DNA of 64,000 bases, from NCBI GenBank assembly GCA_947367845.1, contig CANBES010000006.1, forward strand, positions 1,603 to 65,602, read 5' to 3'. The notes beneath the pieces are model-generated. The model made no database searches. It was given only the letters and a program-made list of their open reading frames with translations, and was not told the DNA's origin. This DNA comes from an uncultured Clostridium sp. GTDB taxonomy: Bacteria; Bacillota; Clostridia; TANB77; CAG-508. Positions 37,301-48,236 of this stretch are shown here, one piece after another (positions within the stretch are counted from its first letter, which is position 1; the number at the start of each line of letters is the position of its first letter). Both the position numbers and the translations under genes were made by a program.

Positions 37301-40300
37301 TTGTGCATGATTTGGAGTTTCTAACAATTCATACATAAAACTATCAATAATCTCTGTTGGTATCCATGTTGCCCCTAACTTTATTCCAATTTCATTAGCT
37401 GTTAAATCTTTTGGCATTACTTGTTTTAATGCTTCTATATTAGTTGCAAATTCTGGGTGCATTCCAACTGATGCTTCTGCCATTTTTAGTTTTTCTCTTA
37501 TATTTCCTGAAAGGTATTCATCACTTGTTACATATTTATTATTTTCCATAGGAAGTTTATAAATAATACCATCTAGTTCTTTTACTAACTCTTCTTGTGT
37601 TTTGTTTGTAAGTTTTGACATATATTCTAAATCAACACTTGCTTTCTCTGATAATGATACAATTAGTGCTTCATTTGCAGTATCAACACTTGTTATCTCT
37701 TTATATGCTTTGATAGTTCTTTTTGAGAACATATCTGCTTTTCTCACAAATCTGCCCTCGCTGTCCATTACTTCTAATGAACATAGTAAATAATAACTAC
37801 TGTCAGCTTCAAAAGCTAAACGATTTCCTCTACTGTTGATAATTCCATATTTCTTAACATAGTTGTCATACATTCTATTTAATTTTGCTTGTGCTACTTT
37901 TATGTTTTCTTCTGGATAATCTTCTGTTTGTAAATCTATTAAATCTCTTACACAATCACGAAGTTCTATCATTCCTTTTATTCTGCTTATTGTAGTAATT
38001 GGCAGGTCTTGTTCTGCCATTACACTATTTTCTCTAAAATATACTTTTCCATCAATAATAGTATAAGAAAAGTTTTTTACAGAAGGATCTGCTGGGAGCA
38101 TTGTTTCTTCTCTTTCTTCAATATCTCCTATTTCGTATTCTGTAATTTCTCCTTCTATCTTCTCTTTTGCTTCATCTAATAAAGTCTTTAATTCTATTCC
38201 CTCATAAGGTTTACAAGTCGAATCTGGTCTACCATATTGTGTAGGCTCCATTTCCATTGTTCCTAGTATCATGTCTGGATTATCGACAAAATATTTATTC
38301 ATTGTAATACCATTTTTATCAGTATCTAAATAAACCCAGTCTGGCATAATGTCTGTCATATTCTCTCTTTTTTTCAAAAATAGTATATCTGAAGTTACTT
38401 TTGTTCCTGCGTTTTTTGTAAATGTGTTATTAGGTAGCCTTATCGCTCCCAATAGCTCTGCTCTTTGTGCAATATACTTTCTAACTTCTGAATTCTTTTT
38501 GTCCATTGTTCCTTTTGAGGTAATAAAAGCAATAACCCCACCGTGGTCTAACCTTATCTAGTGTTTTTGCAAAAAAGTAATCATGTGTTAGAAACTTATT
38601 CTTATTGTATCTTTTATCGTTTGGCTTATATTCATCAAATGGTACATTGCCGAACTGCTACATCAAAAAAGCTATCTGGTAATTCTACTTTTTCATAGGC
38701 ATTTACTGCTATTGTAGACTTTTGATATAATTGTTGTGCTATTCTTCCAGATATAGAATCAATCTCAACACCATACATTTTGCATTCTTTTAATTGTGTT
38801 GGTAACATTCCAAAGAAATTTCCAACACCACATGATGGCTCTAATATATTTGCTTCTTTTAATCCCATATTTTGTAGTATTTCATACATTGAATTGATTA
38901 CAATAGGTGGTGTGTAAAATGCTGTCAGTACAGAACTTCTAGCATTTTTATATTCCTCATCATTTAATAATTCTTTTAATATTTTATATTCATTTGACCA
39001 ACTACTATCATCTTCTTTAAATGCTTGTTGTAGTCCACCCCATCCAACATATTTCGACATAATTTCTTGTTCTTCTGGAGTCGCATACCTATTTTCCTCT
39101 TCACACTTTTTCAATACTTTAATTGCAGCAATATTTCGTTCAAATTTTTCTCTAGGTGTTCCTATTCCTAAATCATTATCTGTAATTTTATAGTTATTTC
39201 TATTTTCTAGTGCTATTTCTGGGTGTAATACGAAGTCCTGAATTTTGTTTTTAGTTCTTACAAAATTAGGCTTAATATCTTGTTTAGGGAAGTTTCTTTC
39301 ATTTTGATTATATAGACTTTCAAAGGTTAAAATACTTTCTTCTCTAAAAATAGGTATAGGCATTTGTAAGTCTTGCAGTTCTATTTTATCTTTTTCTAGG
39401 TCTATACTGTATATATTATATGCTCTGTCAGATTCTAAATAAACTTTTTGCCCTACCTTATATGGCTTTTCTTGTTCAACTTGTTGCTTATTTTCTCCTT
39501 GTTGTTCTTCTGTTTCTTGCTGTACTATCTCTTCTTTTTGAGTTTCTTGTTTTTCTACTTTTCTTTCATATTCTACTTCTAATTTTTTTATGATTTCTTT
39601 TAAATCATTTGTAAAATCATTTACTTCATTTTCTTGTTTTAATATTTCTTTTAGATATTGTATTGTTTGTTGTATAGATTCCGAATTTTTTAAATCATCT
39701 CTAATTTGTTCTATTGGTACTTCATTAAGATCATATATATCATAAGTATTGTAAAAGTCATACAAATCTTGTTCTAGTGTTTGACCTTTATCATTATCTA
39801 CTTCTGCTGAATTTTCTTTTTGTTCTTTTACAATTAAATGGTCATTTGAATAATTATCTTTGACTTTTCTTTCAAATTCATCAAAGCTCATTTGTTTATT
39901 AAGTATTGGAAATTTTGTATCAATTAAGGTAACTACATTGTCCTTTATACCTGCAATTTCATACTTATCTGCACCAATATAGACAGTATCTCCTAAATGA
40001 TATTCATAATGTGGAACTCTTTTCTCTAATATTGATATTATCACATCTAGTTCATGTTTTTGTGAGTCTGTATCTGCAATATTTTCTCTTATTTTATTTA
40101 AAGCATTTACATAGTCATTTACATTTCTCGTATCACTTATATCTGATTTTACTATTTCAATATTTTCTTCATCTGTGTTTAAAGCTGCTGTATCATCTGG
40201 ATAATTATATAAATCTGATGGCTTAACAAATGAATATACTCTTTTGGCAAGCTCATACTCTTGTTGTTCTGCTTGATTTTCTAATTTTTCTTCTGCTTCT

Positions 40301-42288
40301 CTTAATTCTTTTGCTTGTTCTTGCTCTTTTAGCCAATTAGGGTATTCTGCAAGTTCCTTTTCATTCAAATATCTTTCTACCTTAATAAGTTCTGTTATTC
40401 TTTTTGCTACATCATTCCAACTTATTGTTGTTGTAATTTCATCTTTGAAATAACCTCTATTTAATGTCATACCTTTAGGAGAACATTGCAAACCTATTCC
40501 TGATCCAGATACAGTTCCAGTTGTTCCATAATAGCCTAATCCATACATTTTCTTTAGATAGTCTGCATTATCTTTTAATGACAAATGTGTTTCAAATTGT
40601 TGATATATAGAATATTTGCTGAATGTTCCTCTTTCTTGTAATACTCTATCTATAAACTCTTGTGTAAATTCTAGCTCTGGCTTTTTTTCCACTTCATTGA
40701 TTAAAGACATTTGGTCTGTAACAGATGAGATTCTTGTTTTCACATCTTTTAATTGATTAAGCATAATCATAGCTTCATAATTATCAATTAAATTTTCCCA
40801 TGAAATAAAACTTTCTGTATCTCTTGATAAAAAACTACCTTTCCATACTAAAAGTCCATTTTCAAATGCTTTATAGCCATATCTTTCATCATTTATTATA
40901 ATTTCTGTATAATCAATATTAAAGCTACCTTTTAGAAATTCTGCTCGTTTACTTTTGCCTTTTTCATTTTCAAAGTATTGTCTGATTTCACTATTAGAAA
41001 CTCTTAAATGTGGTGCATTAGTTAGTATTTGATTAACTTTTGCATCTGTAACAACATAAGGACAGTCCTTACTACTGTCCCTACTATAAATACCTAAATG
41101 TAAATTATTTCGTTCGCTGCTATCTCCTCTGCTGTCGCTTTGATGTTGTTCATGAATCCTACCCATGTCATTTGGTCTTTGGCTTTCAATTCTTCTGTTA
41201 TCCCTTGTTGTTTCTTCATCATCTCTACCAATTCTTCCACTCTCTGGCTCACTTGTTCCTGTACTTGTGTCAAGTGTTGTGCTAGTTTCTTGTTCATTAC
41301 TAATATTGTCAACTCGTGGTTTTTGTGATTCTTTAGATAATTGTATCTCATCAGAGCGTATTTTCCTGCTGGTATCTTCTCTTTCTCCATTACTAGGTTG
41401 GGCATGTAATAATCCCCTTGTTTCGTGTACTCTATTTTCTCTACCATCTTCTTTTCCTCCTTTGATTTTTTCATTATCATTAGAATACATCTCTTTATCA
41501 AATTTTTCTATTGTACGATTTTTTAATTTTTCACTTTTTTGTAGATTTGCAACTGTCCTTGCAATTTCTCTCAAACCCATTTCTGCTATATCACTTACAC
41601 TTGCACCTAATGTTGTTATAACTTCTTGGTTATTAAAGTATTTTATATATGATAACTCTTGCTCTTGTATTTGATCTTTTGCATTTATTCCACATCTAGT
41701 CATCATCATATAGCTTACACTTGCCCATGTAGTTGTAATAAGCATAGTTTTTATTTCATCATCTGATATAGTTTCAAGCATTGAGTTTTTCTTGTTTTTT
41801 ATAATTGATGTAAAATAATCTTCTATATTATCTACTACCATATTATAACTTGCTGAAATTATAGCTTGTGATAGATTTTCTTTTGAGCTTATATCTCCAA
41901 AATTGGCTTCTAAACTTTCGATTATATCTTCTTCATAATTTTGTTTTATAGTCCATAATTTATACTCTGTATTATTATAATTGTTGGTATCTGATAAGTC
42001 AAACACTAACTTAAATGGATATTCACTATATGGATTTTTATCGAATACATATATTGGTTTTGCCCCACTATTTACCCATCTATGTGGTACTACTTTTTTA
42101 TTCCATTCTTGCATAGTTGCACAAGCTCTTGCATCTGGTCGCTGTGCATATATAAGAATTTGGTCATCAAAATCATATTTGAAATTCCATGAACTGCTAT
42201 CTAAAAACTTTCTCCAATTTTCTGCACTTTGTGAAAGTTCATTTATAACTTCTTTATAGAGTTGTCTTGTTTCTGTTATTTTTCCCAA
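34396..42288 (-). pseudogene. Giant ICE protein (ArdC-N-like N-terminus, N6-adenine MTase, SNF2/DEAD helicase), 2,628 codons if six single C residues are skipped
   Basis: Five ORF-track fragments join when fwd G38652, 38543, 36829, 36798, 36590 and 36037 are skipped: FFDVAV-GNVPFDEY (MTase motif IV), KVRP-GGVIAFITSKG, LLAHEV-GAGKTFEMVA-GAMESKR (helicase motif I), DAVII-GHSQFEKIP, LSPE-GTSYRSKTRF. Also LEPSCGVGNFFG, FVDEAHNYKN and QRNGRGVRQGN. Segments are 3636, 108, 1713, 30, 207, 552 and 1641 nt. Confidence 0.8.
41094..41447 (-). CDS. TnpV-like ORF nested out of frame inside the giant ORF
   Basis: AAGGAGG, then 8 nt, then ATG 41447. MVEKIEYTKQGDYYMPNL..GKYALMRYNYLKNHK..GITEELKAKDQMTWVGFMNNIKATAEEIAANEIIY aligns with the bona fide TnpV at 60840..61223 (ITYTKQGDYYFPNL..NVTEELKANHQLEWVARMNNIKNRAEEIVYNEYVY). 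Confidence 0.45.
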   Translation of the reverse strand: MVEKIEYTKQGDYYMPNLVMEKEKIPAGKYALMRYNYLKNHKNHELTILVMNKKLAQHLTQVQEQVSQRVEELVEMMKKQQGITEELKAKDQMTWVGFMNNIKATAEEIAANEIIYI

Positions 42289-42305
42289 ACTATTCCTCCT
42301 CTACA

Positions 42306-42617
42306 TTATTGTCTTTTCATTTTCCTTGTATAATCTTCATCTACTTTTAATACATTATCAAATGCAGAAAGTAATAAAACTATTAGTTCTGCTGCTTCTT
42401 TTTGGAATAGTCCAATGTCTATTATAGATATTTCTCCCTCTTCATCTTTTTGTGGTATAGAATATCTTAATAATAGATCTTGTAAGTTTTTAGCTTTTTC
42501 TTTCCATTCTTCTGTTACAATATTTTCTTCTTGAAATGCAAGTAATGCCATTAGTTTATTAAAGTTTCCTTTATTTACAATGAATTTTACTGATGGCTTT
42601 TTATAATGTTCTATCAT
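42306..42617 (-). CDS. Hypothetical 103-aa protein
   Basis: ORF only. Confidence 0.4.
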   Translation of the reverse strand: MIEHYKKPSVKFIVNKGNFNKLMALLAFQEENIVTEEWKEKAKNLQDLLLRYSIPQKDEEGEISIIDIGLFQKEAAELIVLLLSAFDNVLKVDEDYTRKMKRQ

Positions 42618-42619
42618 AG

Positions 42620-42835
42620 TTATCTCCTTTCTGTTTCCTCTTTTCCTGCTAAAAATCCTATTACATTTTTCTTTGCTACTGCTTCTTTTAAATCCATAAT
42701 AAAACTTTTTTCAACAGGGCTAAACTGTTTCAAATCTTCCCATTTTAAGGCTTTTATTTTTTGTTCTGAATCTATATTGTTTTCAAATAATTTTTCCAAT
42801 GTCTTTACACTTTGTGTTAGTGTATATTGTGGCAT
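42620..42835 (-). CDS. Hypothetical 71-aa protein
   Basis: ORF only. Confidence 0.4.
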   Translation of the reverse strand: MPQYTLTQSVKTLEKLFENNIDSEQKIKALKWEDLKQFSPVEKSFIMDLKEAVAKKNVIGFLAGKEETERR

Positions 42836-42892
42836 GATAATTCCTCCTTAAATTGAATTAAGGTGGCTAATTAAAGCCACCTTGTTATTGGT

Positions 42893-45800
42893 CTATTTTT
42901 TATTTACTGATTTTCTCTTTTTATATTCGTGTACTCCCACACTAGCTAATGCAAGTATAGATAAGCCTAATAAACCTGCATATAGTTTTAAGTTACTATT
43001 ATCTCCAGTTTTTGGTGTATCTACTGGTACATTTTCAAATTCAAAAGTATATGTTGAATCTTCACTTTCTACTTTCTCATTATCAATAAATATTCCTTTG
43101 TCATTCATTTCAACTTTGATTACTTTATCTGATAATACATAACCCTTTGGTGCAGCAATTTCCTTAATATAATAAGTTCCATATCGTAAATCTTCAAATA
43201 AAACTGTTCCATTTTCTTTATCTGATTTTACTTCTTTTATAAGTTTTGTGCATTCTGCATCTTCATATATTCCAAAAGTAAATTTATCTTTGATAACTTC
43301 TTTTGTATTACTATCAATTTTTACTAATTTAATATTTTGAAGAATAGGCATATCTTTCATTTCTACTCTTTGTGTTTCTTTATCTTCACTCACAGTAAAC
43401 TCGATTTCTTCTGTAATCTCATAGCCATAAGGTGCAGTAATTTCAACTAATTTGTATTTTTTGTTTTCTTCTAATCCAACTACTTTATGTGGCTCTTTTG
43501 TAGATGTCCATTCATCTATTACATTGCCATCTTCGTCAATTACTTTCAATTCTGCTCCTTCAATTTCTTCGCCTGTTACTAGATCTGTTTTTACAACTTC
43601 TAATATTTTGTCAATCATTATTACTTTTTGAGTTTCTTTATCACTTGTTACTGTAAATTTTACATCAGTAGCTTTTACATAGCCATCTACCACGATTTCT
43701 TCGTGTAATATATATTCTTCGTTTTCAATAAGTCCATTTACTTTGTGTGGCTCTTTACCAGAAACCCATTTATCTACAATGTTCTTTGTTTTAGTGCTTG
43801 TAACAACTAAAGTAGCTCCCTCTAGTTCATTTCCACTAATATCTTGTTTTGATATTTCAACTACTTTATCTATCATTTTCACTTCTTGTGTTTCTTTATC
43901 AGTAGTTACAGTAAATTTAACTTCATTTGATATAACAAATCCATCTGGTGCATATTGTTCAATAAGTGTATATGTTTTTCCCTCTACTAAATTGTTAATT
44001 CTATGTGGCTCTTTTGTAGATGTCCACTCATCAACTACATTATTATCTTCATCAATAACTTGAAGTTCTGCTCCTTCAATCTCATTTCCACCAATGTCTT
44101 GTTTTGTCATTGTTACTACTTTATCTATCATTGTTACTTTTTGAATCTCTGCTGTATTTTCTACTTTGAATTTGATTTCTGTTGCTACCACAAATCCATT
44201 TGGTGCTGTTTCTTCTTTTAGTGTATATTCTTTTCCTACAACTAAACCTTCTATTTTGTGAGTTTTTTCAGTAGATACCCAACTATCAATAACTTCGTTA
44301 TTTTCGTCTGTAATAGTTAGTTTTGCACCAACTAACTCTTTTTCTCCTGTTATATCTGTTTTGCTAACTTCTATTGCTGTTGTTCTATTTTCAATATCTT
44401 TCTCTACAACATATTCTTTTGTTACTGTATCTTTTTGTTCAAATATTACTTCGTATTCTGTTTTATCTAATACTGCTCCATCTATTGTTGTTAGTTCTTT
44501 TAAGTGATATTTGCCCATTGGTAAATTTGAAACTGTTAATGTTCCATCAGCTTTTAAATTATATTTTCCTACTACTTTTCCTTTTTCATATATAGTAGAT
44601 CCGTCAGCATAATCAATTATTTTTTCATCTGCTACTAATTCAAAAGATATTTTTGTAAAGTCAATATCTTTTATCATTGTTTTGTCCATATCTTCTCTTA
44701 ATGCTACTTTTTTATTTAATTTTAGTGTTCCTGTTGGTTGCTCATTTTTTACTGTTACTGTAATCCAAGCATCCCAGTCTTTATCATAATTTAGTGTAGA
44801 GTTTCTGTTATCTACTTTAAAAGTTAATTCTTCATCTAATTGTATAAATCCTGTTGGAATTTTTATTTCAGTTAATTTATACTTTCCTGCTTCTAACTTT
44901 GTTTCTGTTTTTGCAACTCCCTCGCTGTTTGTAGTCCAAGTTTTATAATATTTATCGCTAATTTTACATTGTACTTGTTCCCATTTGTTTGTATCTTCAT
45001 TTAATCTATATAATTCAAATGTTGCATTAGAATAAGTTACAAATTTTCCTGTCTTTTTATCTTGTTTTTGCATTTTTATATATGCCTCAAATGGCAAATC
45101 ATTTTCAACAAGTTCTTTAACTGGTGTTTTACTGTCTTTATCTATTGTTACATAGAATTGTTCAACTGTTGTTATCTCTGGAGATGGTGTATAAGTTTCA
45201 TTTACTGTATATTCTCCATAAGCTAAAAGTCCAGAAATTCCGTGTCCATTAGTTCCTGTTCTAAATATTGAATATTCATCTGTTGCAAACTCGCTTAAAT
45301 GTTTCTTTGCTTCATCAAAACTTCCGTAATAGTCAACATATTTTGAAAGTATTGCTGTAAATTCTGCATTTGCTACTGTTTCTGCTGTTGCATTTTCATT
45401 TGTGCTAACCTTGATTACTTCAAAAGGTGCTTTTTCTACTGTATTTGTAACTGTTCCTGCTACTTCTATAACCTTTGTATTCATATCTCTGTATGAAAAT
45501 GTATAATCATACACTTTTGTATCTGGCATATAACCTGTTGGTACTATGGTTTCTTTTGCATAATATTTTCCCATTGGTAGTCCTGTTAATTTTGTTCCCT
45601 CTACACTTATTTTTGCAGGTGTATTATTATTTGTTATTTTTATACTAGCTACTCCATACTCATTGAAAGTAAATGTTGCAATTTGTTCATCTTTATCAAA
45701 ATATTTTATTGTTCCTGCAACATTTGTTATTCTTTCTTTTGCATATAAAGTATATTCAGTTCCTTTAAGTGTTGCATCTCCGTGATGTGACTTTTTATCT

Positions 45801-47338
45801 ACTCTATTTTTATTTCCTGTTTCTTTATCTGTCTTTTCAATAATTAAATTTCCTGTTGGCTCTGTATTTTCTACTGTAACACTTCCAAATATAACATTTG
45901 TGTTTTGGTCTTTATATCTTAAAGTAACTTCCTTTTGTTCAGTATTTAATAAGTAACCTGTTGGCACTTCAATTTCCTTAATTTTATATTTTCCAAGTGG
46001 CAAATTTGATTTGCTTGCAACTCCTACACTATTGGTTGTAATAGTTGCTACTACATCTCCTTTTGAGTGGTGTTTTACTGTTCTGGCAACATTGTATATA
46101 TCTTCATTAGCAATTATTTGAAATTTTGCTCCTTGTACTTTATCTCCATTTGTATTTGTCTTTGTTACTGTAATTTCTGCTGTTGGCTCTGTGTTTACTA
46201 TTGCTTGCTCTGTTGTTTGATTAGGTTTTACTTCTGCTGTATAAGTTTCTGTATTTAGTAAATAACCTGTTGGGCTTGATTTTTCTTTTATATAGTAAGT
46301 TCCTTTTCTTAATTTTTCTAACTTGATTTTTCCATTTGTTACTGTTACATCACGATTAAATCCATTTTCTCCTGTTACATTAAATATTGCTCCGTCAACT
46401 AAATCTCCATTTGTGTTTAGTTTACTTAACTCTAAATTTCCTAAAAGATTTATTTTGAAACTTAAAGACATAGTTACAGGATCATTGTAATTCAAAGAGT
46501 ATAATTGATTTTGTACTCCATCTCTAAAAGTGAAATATACTGTTGAATGTTGGTTATGTGTTTCTTCTTTGATAACACCCCAATCAAACATTGTATTTTC
46601 TGATATTCTTATTGCTTCCTTTGTGCAATCTTCATTTGCTGTAACATTTAATGTATTTTCTCCTTTGTTATGTGTTATTCTTATCCCATCTACTGTTTTA
46701 TCAAAACTAACATATTGTCCTAACACATTATTAGAATCTGTAAGTGTTTTTGTTTGTCCTACTTCAACTGTTATTGTTTCGCTGCAAAAACTTGGTTTTC
46801 TTTCCATATTATCAATTTTTGCATTTATATCTGCTTTAAATGCTTCATATTGGCTTTGAATACTTGCATTTCTAAAAGTAGCATTACTTTGTCCTAATGT
46901 TGACCATACCATTTGTTGTGTGAATACATAGTCCATTTTTCTTGAGTTCATATCTGCTGCCATTATTCCACCATCAATGCAATAATTACCATATTTTTGA
47001 TACCACCCAAAGAAAGCTACTTTACAAGCTCTTTTTACTTTAGGATCTGTTGGTGTATTATGTGTTCCTGTTTCTACTGTTCCTGTTTGTGAATTTACAC
47101 CATGTTCTGCACAAAATACTGTGATTTTTTCTCCTGTTGTGGTATTTACTAATCTTCTCATAAGCATTCCTAAATCTGACTTATTATCTGTTGTGTAAAT
47201 ATTAGAATCCCATTGTCCTGCTGTCCATTTTCCACTACCACTATCTGTTACTGCAAAAATAGGTTGTGCTGTGCTTAACAATGTGATTGCTATAAACATT
47301 AAAGCTATAACTTTCTTTAACTTCTTTGCTTTTAACAT
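42893..47338 (-). CDS. Sortase-anchored surface adhesin: signal peptide, thioester-like domain, many Cna-B/SpaA-type repeats, TPKTG sorting signal
   Basis: The N-terminal signal peptide ends at ..AQPIFA. VFCAEHGV and FTQQMVW fit a Cys-Gln thioester domain. There are repeated xTNxxGxxLxGAxF / PxGY modules. The C-terminus is PVDTPKTGD plus a hydrophobic helix plus KKRKSVNKK. Confidence 0.85.
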   Translation of the reverse strand: MLKAKKLKKVIALMFIAITLLSTAQPIFAVTDSGSGKWTAGQWDSNIYTTDNKSDLGMLMRRLVNTTTGEKITVFCAEHGVNSQTGTVETGTHNTPTDPKVKRACKVAFFGWYQKYGNYCIDGGIMAADMNSRKMDYVFTQQMVWSTLGQSNATFRNASIQSQYEAFKADINAKIDNMERKPSFCSETITVEVGQTKTLTDSNNVLGQYVSFDKTVDGIRITHNKGENTLNVTANEDCTKEAIRISENTMFDWGVIKEETHNQHSTVYFTFRDGVQNQLYSLNYNDPVTMSLSFKINLLGNLELSKLNTNGDLVDGAIFNVTGENGFNRDVTVTNGKIKLEKLRKGTYYIKEKSSPTGYLLNTETYTAEVKPNQTTEQAIVNTEPTAEITVTKTNTNGDKVQGAKFQIIANEDIYNVARTVKHHSKGDVVATITTNSVGVASKSNLPLGKYKIKEIEVPTGYLLNTEQKEVTLRYKDQNTNVIFGSVTVENTEPTGNLIIEKTDKETGNKNRVDKKSHHGDATLKGTEYTLYAKERITNVAGTIKYFDKDEQIATFTFNEYGVASIKITNNNTPAKISVEGTKLTGLPMGKYYAKETIVPTGYMPDTKVYDYTFSYRDMNTKVIEVAGTVTNTVEKAPFEVIKVSTNENATAETVANAEFTAILSKYVDYYGSFDEAKKHLSEFATDEYSIFRTGTNGHGISGLLAYGEYTVNETYTPSPEITTVEQFYVTIDKDSKTPVKELVENDLPFEAYIKMQKQDKKTGKFVTYSNATFELYRLNEDTNKWEQVQCKISDKYYKTWTTNSEGVAKTETKLEAGKYKLTEIKIPTGFIQLDEELTFKVDNRNSTLNYDKDWDAWITVTVKNEQPTGTLKLNKKVALREDMDKTMIKDIDFTKISFELVADEKIIDYADGSTIYEKGKVVGKYNLKADGTLTVSNLPMGKYHLKELTTIDGAVLDKTEYEVIFEQKDTVTKEYVVEKDIENRTTAIEVSKTDITGEKELVGAKLTITDENNEVIDSWVSTEKTHKIEGLVVGKEYTLKEETAPNGFVVATEIKFKVENTAEIQKVTMIDKVVTMTKQDIGGNEIEGAELQVIDEDNNVVDEWTSTKEPHRINNLVEGKTYTLIEQYAPDGFVISNEVKFTVTTDKETQEVKMIDKVVEISKQDISGNELEGATLVVTSTKTKNIVDKWVSGKEPHKVNGLIENEEYILHEEIVVDGYVKATDVKFTVTSDKETQKVIMIDKILEVVKTDLVTGEEIEGAELKVIDEDGNVIDEWTSTKEPHKVVGLEENKKYKLVEITAPYGYEITEEIEFTVSEDKETQRVEMKDMPILQNIKLVKIDSNTKEVIKDKFTFGIYEDAECTKLIKEVKSDKENGTVLFEDLRYGTYYIKEIAAPKGYVLSDKVIKVEMNDKGIFIDNEKVESEDSTYTFEFENVPVDTPKTGDNSNLKLYAGLLGLSILALASVGVHEYKKRKSVNKK
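43081..44371 (-). repeat. Five tandem ~86-aa coding repeats within the adhesin (approximate bounds)
   Basis: Units resemble KQDIGGNEIEGAELQVIDEDNNVVDEWTSTKEPHRINNLVEGKTYTLIEQYAPDGFVISNEVKFTVTTDKETQEVKMIDKVV. The coordinates are estimated from residue numbering. Confidence 0.5.
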
Positions 47339-47412
47339 TAAATTTTCCTCCTTTTAACGAAAAAAAGAACAAGTCTTTATAACCTGTTCTTAAATCAAAT
47401 ATTATTATTTTG

Positions 47413-48138
47413 TTATTTATTATAATAGAAGTTTACTGTCCATTTTTGACACTGAGGACAAGTCCAAACTTCGTACCCGTAAGGGCAATTTTTATGATAT
47501 TCTTCATCTGTTATTTCAAAATTCTCCCATTGCTTTCCCCACTTTGCTATTTCTGTTTTGAAATATGCAGCTGCTTGTTCTTGTGTTTCAAACCATTTGC
47601 CAGTATTTCCTGCACCTACTTTATGATTATTCCCTTTGCATTCTGTCTTTGGTGCAATTTGAACTTCTTGCTCTTTATAACTACTATCATTATTTTTTAC
47701 TGGTGTTGTTGTTTGTTCACTTTTAGAACTTTGCTCACTTTTTTGAGGTTGTGATGGTGTTTTTTCTTGTGTTGTTTGCTGTTTACTTGTTGTTGTAGTT
47801 TTATTATTTTCTTTTTTAGCTGATGTCTTTACATTTTTTTCTTGAACTGGCTGTGTAGTTTCTACTGTTTTACTTTCTTCTACTGCTTGATTTTGTGATG
47901 TTGTATTATCTTCAACAGTATTACTTTGCTCTACATTGTTTTCTACTGTATTCTCAATAATATTTTCATTATTTATTATATTTGCTGACTCATTATTCTC
48001 TTGCATTTGATTTTTATTGTTTTCCCCAATAACAATATTATCAACTTTCCTATTCTTATATATGAATATTCCTGCAATTCCTAATACTATTATAACTAAT
48101 ATTGTAATTAAAATAACAATTTTCTTATTTTTACTCAT
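47413..48138 (-). CDS. Membrane-anchored protein with a Thr/Gln/Asn-rich linker and a Cys-containing C-terminal domain
   Basis: TM segment IVILITILVIIVLGIAGIFIY. The C-terminus is ..CPYGYEVWTCPQCQKW. Confidence 0.45.
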   Translation of the reverse strand: MSKNKKIVILITILVIIVLGIAGIFIYKNRKVDNIVIGENNKNQMQENNESANIINNENIIENTVENNVEQSNTVEDNTTSQNQAVEESKTVETTQPVQEKNVKTSAKKENNKTTTTSKQQTTQEKTPSQPQKSEQSSKSEQTTTPVKNNDSSYKEQEVQIAPKTECKGNNHKVGAGNTGKWFETQEQAAAYFKTEIAKWGKQWENFEITDEEYHKNCPYGYEVWTCPQCQKWTVNFYYNK

Positions 48139-48236
48139 AACCAAACATCTCCTTTTTTCTTTATTTTACTACAATGTTTAGTTACTTTCAAATATACAAA
48201 TTAAAATATTATTATTATTTTGTACTCCCACACAAA

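Noticed and set aside
41140-41674. Plus-strand ORFs 41140..41328 and 41165..41674, opposite the dual-coding segment
   Set aside because: They are probably a by-product of the locally stop-poor, GC-richer sequence imposed by two overlapping minus-strand frames. They read as Ser/Leu-rich low complexity with no SD. I mention them only as evidence of unusual constraint.
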